Shown here: positions 32,878 to 47,000 of the stretch, piece after piece
Position numbering within the stretch: position 1 is the stretch's first letter
Layout: the number at the start of each line of letters is the position of its first letter
Assembly: GCA_964390165.1 (NCBI GenBank)
Contig: CAYMHJ010000003.1
Location: 1 to 54,812, forward strand
Direction of reading: 5' to 3'
DNA length: 54,812 nucleotides
Origin: an uncultured Brevifollis sp.
GTDB taxonomy: Bacteria > Verrucomicrobiota > Verrucomicrobiia > Verrucomicrobiales > Verrucomicrobiaceae
The notes under the pieces: model-generated
Told to the model about the DNA's origin: nothing
What the model saw: only the letters and a program-made list of their open reading frames with translations
Database searches by the model: none
Position numbers and translations under genes: made by a program

Positions 32878-34137
32878 TTAGCTTGGGCTGGCCTCGGATG
32901 GTGCAGGCGTCACTTTTGGGGTGCCACGTCCGATGATCATGCCCAAGAGAGCACCGATGGCGATGAGGGAAGCCGGGATGGTGGGCGGGCACCAGAGAAG
33001 GCTGGCTTGGAAGGCCATGAAGCTGATGACCAGCGCACAAAAGATGAGCCCGATACCCGTCCAGAAGGCACGTCCACGCCGAACTCGCAGGACCAGCCAA
33101 GCGGCAGCCAGCGCGGCGATGCCCCAGGCGATCCATTGCTGGATCTGGGTGAGCTTTTGCAGCTTCGGCAGGCTTAGAATTTGAGCGAGCGCCTGGGCGT
33201 GCAGGTAGGCGAGGCGCGGGTTGATATTCTCCTCGTGATCAGGGCCGATGACGATGACCTTGCCTTTGCCGAGCGCGGCTTTGTCCTCAGGGCTGAGGGC
33301 GTCGGCGAGGGTGCCGGTCATGAGATCGAGGGCGTTGATAACCGGGACGCTCGTGCCGGAGTCCACGGCCAGGCAGCCGTCGTTTTGCAGAGGGACAAAG
33401 GTGCCGTCGGCGAGGTAAGCCCCCGCGCCTGGACCGAGGCGTAGACGATGTAGGGCATAGGGACTGCTGGTGAGCCGCGCAAAGGTCTGTGCGAGCAGGC
33501 TGGGGACGAGGCTGCTCTCGGCCTGGAGGGCATAGGGCAGGGACCAGCCTTTGGTGCTTTGCCTCGTGGAGAGGAGACCCATATCCCCCAGGGGACGCAG
33601 GGCTGGATCAGGTGCGGAGATCAGGGCGCTGAAGGCAGGTGCGGCGCTGAGCGGACCATCCACGCGCTGGAAGCGGGGAAGCACATCTGCGAGCTCAGCC
33701 ATGAAGGGAGGTATCTCGGGAGGTGTCTCGGCGGGCTGGATTTCGATGCCCTGTACGACCTGGGGGAAGGGGAGCAGTGCCTCGGCCACGGCGGGAATGA
33801 ATTCAGGGGAGGGCTGCCCCCAGTTTAGAGGGGTGGCGATGACCAGGACTCGGGGTTCGTAGGGCTGAAGCGCCTTGAAAAGCGTCTGCCAGTCCAGCGG
33901 TTGGGGCGGCCATGCGGCATATTCTCCCTTCTGCTCTTCTCTTAGCGCCACAAAGGCAACCGATTCGCCGCCTTCGATGCCGACAGGCTGGCTGAGGCGC
34001 TCGCGGGCGTTGGCGACGAGAAAGTCGAGGAAGAGATCGTCCACATGCTGAAATCTCCCGGCACGTTGTTCACCATCCAGGTGCCAGGCAGCGGGGCCGA
34101 GACAGGAAAGTAGGAGGAGCAGGCGGAGCCAGGTCAT
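32878..34137 (-). CDS. CHASE2-like extracytoplasmic sensor protein lacking a cytoplasmic output domain
   Basis: AWPPQPLDW..LF..L..YEPRVLVI, LGKGKVIVIG, YLHAQALAQIL, followed by three TM helices and a 15-aa tail. Confidence 0.6.
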   Translation of the reverse strand: MTWLRLLLLLSCLGPAAWHLDGEQRAGRFQHVDDLFLDFLVANARERLSQPVGIEGGESVAFVALREEQKGEYAAWPPQPLDWQTLFKALQPYEPRVLVIATPLNWGQPSPEFIPAVAEALLPFPQVVQGIEIQPAETPPEIPPFMAELADVLPRFQRVDGPLSAAPAFSALISAPDPALRPLGDMGLLSTRQSTKGWSLPYALQAESSLVPSLLAQTFARLTSSPYALHRLRLGPGAGAYLADGTFVPLQNDGCLAVDSGTSVPVINALDLMTGTLADALSPEDKAALGKGKVIVIGPDHEENINPRLAYLHAQALAQILSLPKLQKLTQIQQWIAWGIAALAAAWLVLRVRRGRAFWTGIGLIFCALVISFMAFQASLLWCPPTIPASLIAIGALLGMIIGRGTPKVTPAPSEASPS

Positions 34138-34349
34138 GGTTCACTTTGACCCGAGGAATAGAGGGATGCCAAGCCTGGAATCACGAGGCGGGAGGCAACT
34201 TGCAGAAGGTGAAAAGACAAAGTTAGTCTCCAATTTAAGTGAAAACTTGTAAAAACCATAAAAACAATTAAATTTTAGCAAATAACCTTTCTCCCCAGAC
34301 TATTCCTCCAAAATCACCCGCCGTTCCAGCGGCCTACCGACATTTTCCA

Positions 34350-35075
34350 ATGAATACATATCGATGCGTCCTGTTCGCTCTGATTTTGCTGACTGCCCGC
34401 AGCATGGCGAGCACGATTAATTGGAGCAGCCAGTTCAACGCGGCACTCTTTACCAGTGCTGGACAGCCTCTGGACACGAGTTTCTCGTTTGAAATTGGGA
34501 CTTTTCTGGCCGGTTTTGTGCCGACCTACCACAATACGAATCAATGGGAGGCCAATTGGCTGGTCTTTGACCGGGCCTTTGATCCTACGCCAGGAGATCC
34601 GAATGATGGCGATCCCGAAGGCTGGAACATCCCAGACCAATTCTTTGTCGGTGCAGCGGAGCACACGGGCCCGCTGGGGACTTCAGACTCGCTTTACTCA
34701 ACTCCAGGGGCGGTTTTTGCCCAGAACTCAGTGGCTTATCTCTGGGTGTACAACGACAAAAACATCGTGCCCGGCAGTGAGTGGGCGCTAGTGACGGACA
34801 ACGATAGCCTGGGCAATACAGGCAACAGTTGGCTGTTTCCCGACCCCAATGACCTGCCTGGAACCTCCTATGAATGGAAACTCGAAGACGCGGATCTGGC
34901 GGTTGTGGGTGGCGTCAACGGAGTGCGGGGAGAAGGTGACTACACGGTCGATCCCGGGGTCTTTAATCTTCAAACCATTGCCGTTCCAGAGCCTGGCTCA
35001 GCCCTTCTCGTAGCCCTGGCAGCGGGAGCGCTTTCCATCCGCCGGAACCGAAAAATCAAGGCAGCTCAAGGTTGA
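34350..35075 (+). CDS. PEP-CTERM sorting-domain protein
   Basis: Signal peptide and C-terminal VPEPGSALLVALAAGALSIRRNRK. Confidence 0.9.
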   Translation: MNTYRCVLFALILLTARSMASTINWSSQFNAALFTSAGQPLDTSFSFEIGTFLAGFVPTYHNTNQWEANWLVFDRAFDPTPGDPNDGDPEGWNIPDQFFVGAAEHTGPLGTSDSLYSTPGAVFAQNSVAYLWVYNDKNIVPGSEWALVTDNDSLGNTGNSWLFPDPNDLPGTSYEWKLEDADLAVVGGVNGVRGEGDYTVDPGVFNLQTIAVPEPGSALLVALAAGALSIRRNRKIKAAQG

Positions 35076-35082
35076 TCTCCGA

Positions 35083-38000
35083 ATGCACGGCAGTCACTCA
35101 CATCCTCTTCAAAGGCGCGGCGGCAGGGGGCCGCGCCTTCTGTCGTTGCTGTGTGTTCTTGCTCTGTGTCTCATTGCCTCACAAGCCTCCGCACAAACGG
35201 CCGATTTTGGCGACTACTCCGGCTTCGGCAATGCCAGCAGCACAGTGGTGACGAGCCTGAAGATCGGCTCCACGACGGACAAGGAATCCAGCGCCACGAC
35301 CAATGCCACGGCGACGGGGGATGACGTCACCGGCAGTGATGACGAGGATGGTGTGACCCTCCCGGCGACCGTCGTGAGAGGGGTCGTCAACTCCATGACG
35401 GTTAAGGTTTCAAACTCATCTGGCTTCACGGCCTATCTGAATGTGTGGATTGATTACAATCAGAATGGATTGTTGACCGACTCGGGCGAGCAGGTGGCCA
35501 CGAATGTCACCATCTCCAATGGGGCGAATAACCTGAACCGGACAGTCAACTTTACCCCGCCAGCCTCTGCCAGTCTGGGAACGACGGCGGTGCGCGTGCG
35601 CCTGACCTCCAGCAGCTCCCCCGGTGCCACTTCGGTGAGCGGTAACGGAGAGGTGGAGGACCATCTGATCACCATGGTGACGAATACGGACTTCGGTGAC
35701 TATCCCTCTTTTTCTTCTGCCTCCCAGGTGGCGAACTCGGTCATCCGCATCGGCACGAACGCCACAGACACGGAGGCCGAAAATCCCACCACGGGCGCTG
35801 CGACAGCGGATGATGAGGACGGGACGAATGATGAAGATCTGATCATGCCTGGCTTTACGGCGGGCATTTCGAGAACTCTGTCGATCCCTGTCACCGTGAC
35901 GACGGGATCACTCTCTGGCAGCACGGCGAGACTACGCGTCTTCGCCGACTGGAATGGGGACAACGATGTATCTGACACGAATGAAACGCTGTCTGCACAG
36001 ACCGTGAATTCATCAGGCACCTACAACTTCAATCTCACGCCCCCCTCAAACACCTCAGCGGGGACGAAGTACCTTCGTATTCGCATTACGGAAGGCAGCA
36101 CGATTCCGAACTTCAGCGGCACATCGACCCTGAAAGGCGAGGTCGAAGATTATGCCATCGTTGTGGCGAACAGGGACTATGGCGACTATGCTCCCTTCCC
36201 GAGCGCCAGCAGCAGTACAAACTCGACACTGAGAATCGGTGCCATGGTCGATGGAGAACTCTCTGAGATAACGAACACCACTGCCACGGGGGATGATGCC
36301 AGCAACCTGGATGATGAAGACGGCGTCACCGTGCCGGCCAGTGTCGCACTCGGAGCATCTGGCAGTCTGACAGTCAATGTCACCAACACCCGGGGCTCGA
36401 CGTCCTATCTAAACGCATGGCTCGACTTTAACGGCAATGGCGTGCTGACAGACAGCGGCGAGCAGATCGCCTCAAACACAACGATCAGCAACGGTACTAG
36501 CAATTCCAACCGTATCTTGAACTTCACGGTTCCAAACTCGGTGGACCCAGGAGTGGTCGGTCTGCGCGTGCGTCTCACTTCGAGCAGCTCGCCTGGGCCG
36601 GACGGGCATGACGGGATCGGTGAGATCGAGGACTACGTCATAACACTGGCCTGCCCCACCATCTCAGTCAGTCCGACCAGCCTTGCCACGCCGACCGTGG
36701 GCACGGCTTATAGCCAGACTTTCAGCCAGAGTGGTGGCACTGGCTCGGTCACCTGGTCTGTCAGCAGTGGGGCTTTGCCATCTTGGGCCACCTTAAATCC
36801 GTCCACAGGCACGATCAGCGGACTGCCTGACAGCACGGCTACATTCAGCTTCATTATTCGAGCCACTGCTGGAAATGGCTGTACAGGAACCCGTGCCTAC
36901 TCACTCACTCCGGCCTGCCCGGTGATCACGGCCACACCGACTTCAGCGGCCAACGGAGAGATCGGCAGTTTGTACAACCAGGCCCTGAGCGCCAGTGGTG
37001 GCACGCCTGGCTATACTTGGACGCTTACCAGCGGCACCCTGCCGTCCGGGCTCAGTCTGGGCGCTGCCGGGGTCATCAGCGGCACACCAACCAGCTCAAA
37101 TGGAGCGGGCACCAGTGTGACGCTCCGCGCCACGGATGCCTACGGTTGCTTTAAAGATCAGGCGGTCAGCATCAAAATATGTCCCCTGATCACGGTGAAT
37201 CCCACCAGCCTTCCGACAGCCACAGTGAACTCAGACTTCAGCACAACGCTCAGCGCCAGTGGAGGAGCCTCGCCCTACACCTTTGCCGTTACCAGTGGCA
37301 CCCTGCCATCGGGTTTGAGCCTCAGTTCCAGTACAGGAGCTGTCTCAGGCATTCCGACGAGCTCAGCCAGCCAGACTTTCACAGTGCGTGCTACGGATGC
37401 GAACGGATGCACCGGAACGAAGTCGTACACCTTGACGCCACTCTGCCCGGTCATCAGTGTCACTCCCACCACGACGACGGTGGGGAAAGTGGGCAGTTCC
37501 TTTTCACAGACCCTGTCCGCCTCCGGTGGCAAGACGCCCTACAGTGCGTGGACGATCACGAGCGGCACGCTGCCCACCGGTCTGAGTTTAAATGCTGGCA
37601 CGGGTGTCATCAGCGGCACACCGACCGTGGTGGCGAGCCCCGCCACCAGCTTCACTGTGCGAGTAAATGACGCGTATGGTTGTCAGGGAACACAGGTCAT
37701 CAGCCTGCAAATCTGTCCCGCCATTACGGTGAGTCCGACCACTCTTTCGAATGGAACCGTGGATCTCGCCTATGCGCAAACGGTCAGCGCCGCGGGTGGT
37801 GCCGAGCCCTATATTTTTGCCATCAGCAGCGGCAGTTTGCCCTCGGGATTGACGCTGGATTCGAGTTCGGGTGAGATCAGTGGCACCCCCACCAGCCCGA
37901 CATCATCCTCCTTCATCGTGCGTGCCACAGACGCGAACAATTGTTCGGCGACACGCGCCTACACGCTCACCCCGTCACCCATCACAGACTTTGGGGATTT

Positions 38001-41000
38001 CTCCGGATTCGCGAGCGTCAGCAATATCGTTAACAATAGCCTCAGACTTGGCGCTTCAAGCGATGCGGAGGCCAGCCAGACCACCAACAACTCCGCCACA
38101 GGCGATGACACAACGGGAACAGATGATGAAAATGGTGTCACGATGCCCGCCTCCATCACGGCAGGCGGAGAGATCACTTTGCCTGTGACGGTGACCAACA
38201 CCACGGGAGCCCCAGCTTACCTGAATGCCTGGATCGACTACAACAACAACGGCGCAGTGACTGATTCCGGCGAGCAGATCGCCACGAATGTCCTGGTTGA
38301 AGATGGAACCCTGGCGGAGGCTCAAAGCCTGTCTTTCCAGGTGCCCACTAATGCCTCCGTCGGCTCTGGCAGGGGGGTGCGTTTCCGTCTGACCAGCGTC
38401 GCCACCCCCGGCCCGACGGGGACTGGCACCACTGGGGAGGTCGAGGATTACGTCGTCAGCATCACCGCACCCACGCTGGACTATGGCGACTTCCATCTCT
38501 TCCTCAGCGCCAGCAGTCTGGCCAATACCAAACTTAGATTGGGAACTGGTGTGGATGTGGAAGGCGCGGCCACGACCAATGCCACAGCGACCGGGGATGA
38601 CAGCACTGGAAGCGATGATGAAGATGGCGTGACAGTTCCAGCCTCGATCACCCAGGGTTCCAGCAGCAGCATTTCCGCCAGGGTGACGAACTCCACTGGA
38701 GCGACCGCCTACCTGAATGCGTGGATCGACTTTAATGGAAATGGAGTGCTGACGGATGCTGGTGAGCAGATCGCGACCAACACCACGGTCAGCAACGGCG
38801 TCTCGAACTCGAACCGCACGATCAACTTCACCACCCCTGCTGAGGTCAAGGCAGGCACCGTCGGCGTGCGTGTGCGTCTCACCAGCGTGAGCAGCCCCGG
38901 ACCTGATGGAACGGACGGCACCGGTGAGGTCGAGGACTACACCACGAGCATCAACGTCAACACGGACTTCGGGGACTACGCACCCTTCCCCAGTGCCAGC
39001 AGCAAAGTGAACAGCAACCTGCGCATCGGTGCACTCACGGATGCAGAAGGCGGGCCAATGACCGATGACGGTGCTGGCGGAGATGACCTTGATGGAAATG
39101 ATGACGAGGATGGCGTGAACATTCCTGCGAACATCGAGCAGGGCGCTGCAACGAGTCTCACGGTGAATCTGACGAACACGAGTGGTGGGACAACCTACCT
39201 GAACGCGTGGATCGACTTCAATCGCAATGGGGTGCTTACAGATATCGGCGAGCAGATCGCATCCAACACGACCATCGCGAACAATACCATAAACAGCAAC
39301 CGTGTGATCAACTTCACCACTCCTGTGAGTGCTTCACTCGGCGAAACGGCGGTTCGTGTGCGTCTTACCTCCGTCAGCAGCCCGGGATCTGTTGGACTTG
39401 ATGGCAATGGCGAGGTGGAGGATCACCTCACGACCATCGTCGTCCCCACTACGGACTATGGAGATGACAGTGACTTCGCGGATGCCTCCTCGGTGGTGAA
39501 CAGCAATCTGAGGCTGGGAGCCCTGGTCGATGTGGAAGGAGCTTCCACCAGGAATGTTACGGCCTCAGGTGATGACAATACGGGGCTGGATGATGAAGAC
39601 AGTGTTTCATTCCCTCCACTGACAGCAGGCCAGCCGGTGACCATGCCTGTGCTTGTGACAAATCTCACAGGTTCCACGGCCTATCTAAATGCCTGGATCG
39701 ACTTTAATAACAACGGCAACCTGACCAATGCCGGAGAACAGGTGGCCTCCAACATCGAGATCCCGCCAGGCACTGACGGCGAAGTGGAAATCAACTTCAA
39801 CGTGCCCACCAACGCCGTCACCGCCGCCGCCAGCGTGGGCGCGCGTTTCCGTCTCACCAGCGCCGCCAGCCCCGGCCCCACAGGGGCGTCCGGCATCGGT
39901 GAGGTGGAGGACCATCAGGTGGTCATCCTCGCACCATTGACGGACTTTGGTGACTTCAGCGGCGGTCCCAATGTCTCCAATACAGCCACCACCAATCTAC
40001 GGCTCGGAGCCCTCGTGGACACCGAATATGCCGCCACAACGAACGACACGGCCACCGGAGATGACATCACCGCAGTGAATGACGAAGACGGCGCCACCAT
40101 CCCCGCCATGACCGCAGGTGGGCCCGCCACCATCGTGGTTAATGTCACCAACACCAGCGGAGCACCCGGCTACCTGAATGTCTGGGTGGACTTTAATAAC
40201 AACGGCATCTTCACAGATTCCGGCGAACAGGTGATGACGAACGGCGGCATCTCCACAGGAACATCCAGCAGCAACGTGAATGTGCCATTCACGGTGCCTC
40301 CAGGGGCGGTGACTGGCACGCCTCTCGGCGTGCGCGTGCGTATCACTTCAGACGTCAGCCCCGGCTCCTTTGGTTCGGGCGGTTTGGGAGAGGTGGAGGA
40401 CTATGTCGTCAGCATCGCTGTACCGACCACTGACTTTGGTGACTTCAGCGGCTTTGCCGATGCCAGCAGCATACAGAACAGCAATCTGCGCCTTGGTGCA
40501 TTGACTGACACGGAATTTGCCTCGACACGGAACGTCGGGGCTGCCGGTGATGATGCCACGGGCTTGGACGATGAAGATGCCGTCACCTTCCCCAGCATGA
40601 CCACCGGAGCTCCCGTGACGGTGCCGGTGCAGGTGACGAACAACACCGGGGAGACGGCCTACCTCAATGCCTGGATCGACTACAACAACAACGGTGTGAT
40701 CACCGACGCCGGCGAACAGATCGCCACGAATGTGCCCATTTCCGCCGGCACGTCGAATGGTGCCCAGATCCTCAGTTTCACAGTGCCTCCCGCTGCATTG
40801 ACCGGAGTGAATCTGGGCGCGCGTGTCCGACTCACGAGCACCAGCAGCCCGGGCCCCATCGGAGCCAGTGGCAATGGTGAGGTCGAGGATTACATCGTCA
40901 ACCTTACGGCTCCAACGACCGACTTTGGTGACTTCAGCGGATTTGGTGATGCCTCCCAGGGGGCAAATCCCGCCCTGCGCATGGGAGCCACTCTGGACAC

Positions 41001-44000
41001 AGAGTTTGCCTCCACCCGAAATGCAACGGCCACGGGTGATGACATAACAGGAAGCGATGACGAAGATGGCGTGGTGCTGCCGGCAATGATCGCCGGTCAG
41101 ACCGTGGTGATTCCAGTGACTGTCACCAACATCACCGGAGCCTTCGGCTATTTGAATGTGTGGTTTGACTTCAATGGCAACGGCCTGCTGACGGACAGTG
41201 GTGAGCACATCGCCACGAATTTGACGGTCGTCACCGGAACGACGAACGGAGTTGTGAATCTGACAGTCGTCGTGCCCGCTACGGCTGTGACTGGCACTCC
41301 GGTGGGCCTGCGGTTCCGTTATTCGGCACCCAGCGGCCTGGGGCCGACGGGAGCAAATCCACTCGCTGGTGAGATCGAGGATTATGCCGTCACCATCGCG
41401 GCACCGACGACGGACTTTGGGGATTATGCTGGCTTTGCCGATGCCAGCAGCATCCGCAACAGCAACCTTAGAATCGGCACCACAACGGACACGGAGTTTC
41501 TCCCCACACGGAATGCCGTCGCCACCGGGGATGATGTCATAGGCAGTGATGACGAGGATGGTGTCACTCTGCCAAGCATGACCACTGGTGAACTCGTGAC
41601 CATCCCCGTGCTGGTAACGAATAACTCTGGTTCAACCGCCTATCTCAATGCCTGGATCGACTATAATAACAACGGCCTGCTGACGGACAGCGGCGAGCAG
41701 GTCGCAACGAATGTGGCTGTCAACACGGGCACGAGCAATGCCACGCGGAACATCAGCTTCACCGTTTCTCCTGCGGCGCTGACCGGAACCAATCTCGGGG
41801 TCCGTTTCCGCCTCACCAGCACCAGCAGTCCTGGTCCTGTTGGTGCCAGTGGCAATGGTGAAGTGGAGGATTACATCGTCAGTCTGCTTTCCCCCACGAC
41901 TGACTTTGGTGACTTCAATCGTTTCGGCAGCGCCAGCAATGCTGTGAACAGCAACCTCCGCCTCGGTACTCAGTTGGATGCTGAGTTCGCCGCCACGACG
42001 AATGCCATGGCCACCGGGGATGACATCACCGGCAGCAATGATGAAGACGGGGTGACGCTGCCGCCCATGATCGCCGGCCAGACGCTCAGCATCCCTGCTG
42101 TGGTGACGAACCTCACAGGTGCCAATGCCTACCTGAATATGTGGATGGACTTCAACAACGACGGTCTGCTGACAGGTGCTGGAGAGCAGGTGGCAAGCAA
42201 TGTCACGGTCGGCACCGGCAACAACGGAATCACGGCCAATTTGAATGTCACCGTGCCAGCCACCGCCGTCACAGGCACACCGGTTGGCATTCGGGTGCGT
42301 CTGACCAGCGTGACGAATCCTGGATCGACCGGTGCCCTGGCCAGCATCGGTGAAGTGGAGGACTACATTCTGACCATCAGCCCTCCGACGACAGATTTTG
42401 GTGACTACTCCGGCTTTGTGGATGCCAGCAGCACGGTGAACAGCAGCATCAAGCTCGGTGCTCTGACAGACACGGAGTACATCTCCACCCGCAATGCGAC
42501 GGCCACCGGGGATGACACAACGGGCAGTGATGATGAAGATGCCGCCGTCATCCCTGCCATGACGGCAGGCGCTCCGGCCACGGTCTCCGTCATGGTCACC
42601 AACACCAGCGGAGCACCGGCCTATCTCAACGGATGGATTGATTTTAATAACAACGGAATCCTCACGGACAGCGGTGAGCAGATCGGAACAAATGTACTTA
42701 TCGCCACGGGCACCAGCCTTTCCACGCGGGACATCAGCTTCACCGTGCCGGCCACTGCAGTGACGGGGATGAATCTGGGCATGCGCCTACGCCTCACCAG
42801 CACCAGCAGTCCCGGTGCCACGGGAGCGAGTGGAAACGGTGAGGTCGAGGATTACGGGGTCAGCATTTCCATGCCTCCTCTTGATTATGGCGACCACTCA
42901 GCATTGGCTCCCGCCAGCAGCACTGCAAACACCAGCCTCCGTCTCGGTGCCTTGGTGGACACCGAGTTTGTGCCCACTGAGAATGCCGTGGCCTCCGGGG
43001 ATGACATCACGGGCAAGGATGATGAAGATGGTGTGACGATCAACACCATGACTGCCGGTGCCCCAGCCAGCATCGTGGTGACTGCCACAAATGCCACTGC
43101 GGCACCCGCCTATCTCAACGCCTGGATCGACTACGACAACAACGGCTCACTCTCCGACTCTGGTGAGCAGCTCGCCACCAATGTGACGGTAGACTCCGGC
43201 ACGAATGGCGGCGAGTTCCCGCTGAACTTCACGGTGCCTGCCAATGCGGTCACTGGCGCGAATCTTGCCCTTCGTTTCCGGATCACCAGCACTCTGAATC
43301 CCGGAGTTGGGGGGAATTCAGGCATTGGTGAGGTGGAGGATTATGTCTCCACAATCGCGGTGCCGACGACAGACTTTGGTGATTGGAGTGGTGCTGGAGA
43401 TGCCTGGAGCACCGCCAGTTCAAATCTCCGCATGGGTGCGCTGGCCGACACCGAGTATGTCTCCACCCGGAATGCCACCGCCACAGGAGATGACACTGTC
43501 GGCAGCGATGATGAAGAGGGCGTGACGATGTCTGCCGGCTACAACCTGGGTTCCTCTTCTTCGCTCACTGTCGTGACGACCAACCTCACAGGCACTCCAG
43601 CCTATTTGAATGCCTGGGTGGATTGGAACGACAACGGGGTGTTTACTGATGCCGGCGAGCAGATCACAACCAACGTCGCCATACCCAGCGGAACGACCGC
43701 CAGCATGCAGACGGTCAGTTTCACCGTGCCTGTCAATGCCGTGCCGGGAGGCCGAGGTGCTCGTTTCCGCTTCTGCAACGTGCAGAATCCAACACCTCTC
43801 GGAGCTGCGGGCATGGGTGAGGTGGAAGATTATCTGCTCAACGTCTTCTGCCCCACCATCACGGTCAGCCCGACCAGTCTGACGACTCCGACCGTGGGCA
43901 CACCTTACAGCGCAGCGGTGACGGTCACAGGTGGTACGGCACCTCATTCCTTTGCCGTCAGCAATGGCAGCCTGCCTGCGGGCCTGACATTAAATGCAAC

Positions 44001-47000
44001 CACGGGTGTCATCTCTGGCACGCCGACGAGCGGAGCCAGCCAGACCTTCACCATCCGCGCGACAGACCTGCACGACTGCTTGGGCACACGCACCTACACT
44101 CTCGCTCCGCTATGCACGCCGATCAGCATCTCGCCGGCCACGATGACTTCAGGAACGGTCGGTGTGTTTTACAGCCAGACACTCAGCGCCGCAGGTGGTA
44201 CGGCTCCTTACAGTTTGTGGTCAGTCACCAGCGGCACGCTTCCCGCAGGTCTCTCATTAAATGCAGCCACAGGCGTGATCTCTGGTACGCCGACAGCCTC
44301 CGTCAGCCCGCCCACGAACATCACCGTGCGTGTCTCTGACACTTATGGCTGCCAGGGCACGCAGGTCATCAGTCTAAAGATCTGTCCGGTGGTCACCCTG
44401 AGTCCCACGTCCCTTCCTGCGGCTACAGTTGGCTCGGCCTACAGTCAGACGATCAGTGGCGGCGGAGGAGCCACCCCCTACACATACACAATCAGCAGCG
44501 GCAGCCTGCCTGTCTGGGCCACGCTGAATGCTGGCACAGGTGTCATCAGTGGCCTGCCAAACAACACGACCACGGCCAGCTTTATCATCCGAGCCACCGA
44601 TGCCAATGGCTGCTCGGGCACGCGCGCCTACAGCATCACACCCTCCTGCCCGACGATCTCGGTCACGCCTTCGGCACCGGTGCCTGGCACGGTCGGCACG
44701 GCTTACAGCCAGGCACTGACTGCTAGCGGAGGCAATGCCGCCTATACCTGGACGACCGTGAGCGGTGCCTGGCCGACAGGGCTGAGCTTGAGCAGTACGG
44801 GGGTCATCAGTGGCACACCCACTGCGGCCAATGGAGCCGGAGCGAGCGTCACCGTGCGTGTGACGGATGTCTATGGCTGTACCAAGGATCAGACGGTCAC
44901 TCTAAAAATCTGCCCGGTGATCACGGTGAATCCTACCTCGCTGGCAAATGGTGCTGTGGGGCTGTCCTACAATCAGACCATCTCTGCCAGTGGCAGCACC
45001 TCGGCATATATCTATTCGGTCAGCAGCGGCTCGTTGCCGTCCTGGGCCACACTCAATGCCAGCAGCGGCACCATCACCGGCACGCCCAGCAGCAGCACAA
45101 GCGCCTCCTTCTCCATCCTCGCCACGGATGCCAGTGGCTGCACGGGCACACGCAGCTTCAGCATCACTCCCACCTGCCCATCCATCAGCATCAGCCCGGA
45201 GACGGCGGCACCAGCAAGAATGGGCGTTGCCTACTCACAGACACTCACGGCCACCGGCGGCACAGGTGCCTATACCTGGAGCACGGTGAGCGGCGGCTGG
45301 CCGCTAGGACTGAGCATGAATTCATCCGGGGTGATCAGTGGCACACCGTTGCTCATCACAGCTCTTCCTGTCAGCGTCACCGTGCGCGCCACGGACATCT
45401 ACGGCTGCTCCAGCACACGGGAGGTAAGCATCGTTGTTTGTCCGGTGATCACCCCGTCTCCCTCCACTCTACCAAATGGAACGGTGGGCTCACCCTACTC
45501 CCAGATCATCACCGCCTTGGTTGGGGTCGTGCCCTTCACCTTCTCGATCAGTGCTGGCAGCCTGCCAGACGGGCTGACCATCAACAGCCTCACCGGCATC
45601 ATCAGCGGCACGCCCACCAGTTCTGCCAATGCCGTCTTCACGGTGCGTGTCACGGATCTGCTCGGCTGCATCGGCACACGAAGCTACAGTGTCACCCCCG
45701 TTTGCCCCACCATCAGTCTCAACCCCACATCGCTGGCAAATGGAGTCGTCGGCACCGCCTACTCACAGACAGTTTCGGCCAGTGGCAGCACCGGGCCTTA
45801 CACCTTTGCCGTCAGTGCCGGTTCCCTGCCAACCTGGGCTTCTTTGAATACCACCACCGGCACCATCACAGGTACGCCGACCAGCACCACAAGCAGCACC
45901 TTCACCCTCCGTGCCACGGACGTGTATGGCTGCACGGGCACACGCAGCTACACCATCGCCCCAGTCTGCCCGACCATCACGATCACGACTTCGGCCATCA
46001 CCGCCTATCTCGGGGCCGGCTTCAGTCAAAGCCTCGCAGCCAGTGGCGGCACCGCACCCTATTCCGTCTGGACCGTGACCAGCGGCACCATGCCTGCAGG
46101 ACTGACGCTGAATTCATCCGGGCTGATCACCGGCACTCCGACGGTCATCGGCAGCAGCGCCGTCACGGTCCGCGCCAATGATCTCTACGGCTGCCAGGGT
46201 TCACGAAGTATCACCATCACGGTGAAGGGCCTCACCGTCGGCAATCTCGTCTGGCAGGATAACAATAATAATGGCTTCGTCGATGCCGGTGAACCCGGAG
46301 TCTCCGGTGTCCAGGTGCAGCTCATGAATCCCGGCGCGGACAATGTCATCGGCGGCAGCAGCGCGGATGTGCAGGTGGGCGCACTCGTCACCACCCCGGC
46401 CAGCGGAGCCTACAGCTTTACCAACCTGCCTCCGGGGAATTATTACCTCCGCCTTGTCCCTCCGGCCGCTTTCACCCACACCAGCGGCACCCCCGCCACC
46501 ACTGACAACAGCGTGAATAACAATAACGACGGTTCCCAGCCTGGTGGTCCCGGAACGCCGATCTTCAGCCCTGTCTTCAATCTCACCCCTGGGGCGGAAC
46601 CGAACTCGGATGGAGACACCGACCCTGACACCAACCTCACGATGGACTTCGGTCTCTGGGCTCCGCTGGGCGTCGGCAATCTCGTCTTCATCGACCTCAA
46701 CGGCAGCGGCACATTCAGCTTCAATGAAGGCATCGAAGGCGCCTATGTTTATATTTTCCCGCAGGGCTCAGACCCAGCCACTGATGAACCTGTCGGTGTT
46801 GGCTACACCGACCACAAAGGCCGTTATTTCATTGATGGACTGAATCCCGGCAGCTACTTCCTGCACCTGCCGGCATTCCAGTTTGCCACCAATGCCCTGC
46901 TTGCCGGCATGATCCCCATCACCAGCGTCGTCGCAGGTGATGATGACAGCGGCCAGGATCTCCTCTCGGCATCCACACCCGCCACCACAGGGGCCAGCAG

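Noticed and set aside
37976..43845. Regular ~489-bp periodicity as a CRISPR array or mobile repeat
   Set aside because: The repeats are in-frame, synonymously diverged protein domains, with no identical short repeats or spacers and no cas or transposase genes.
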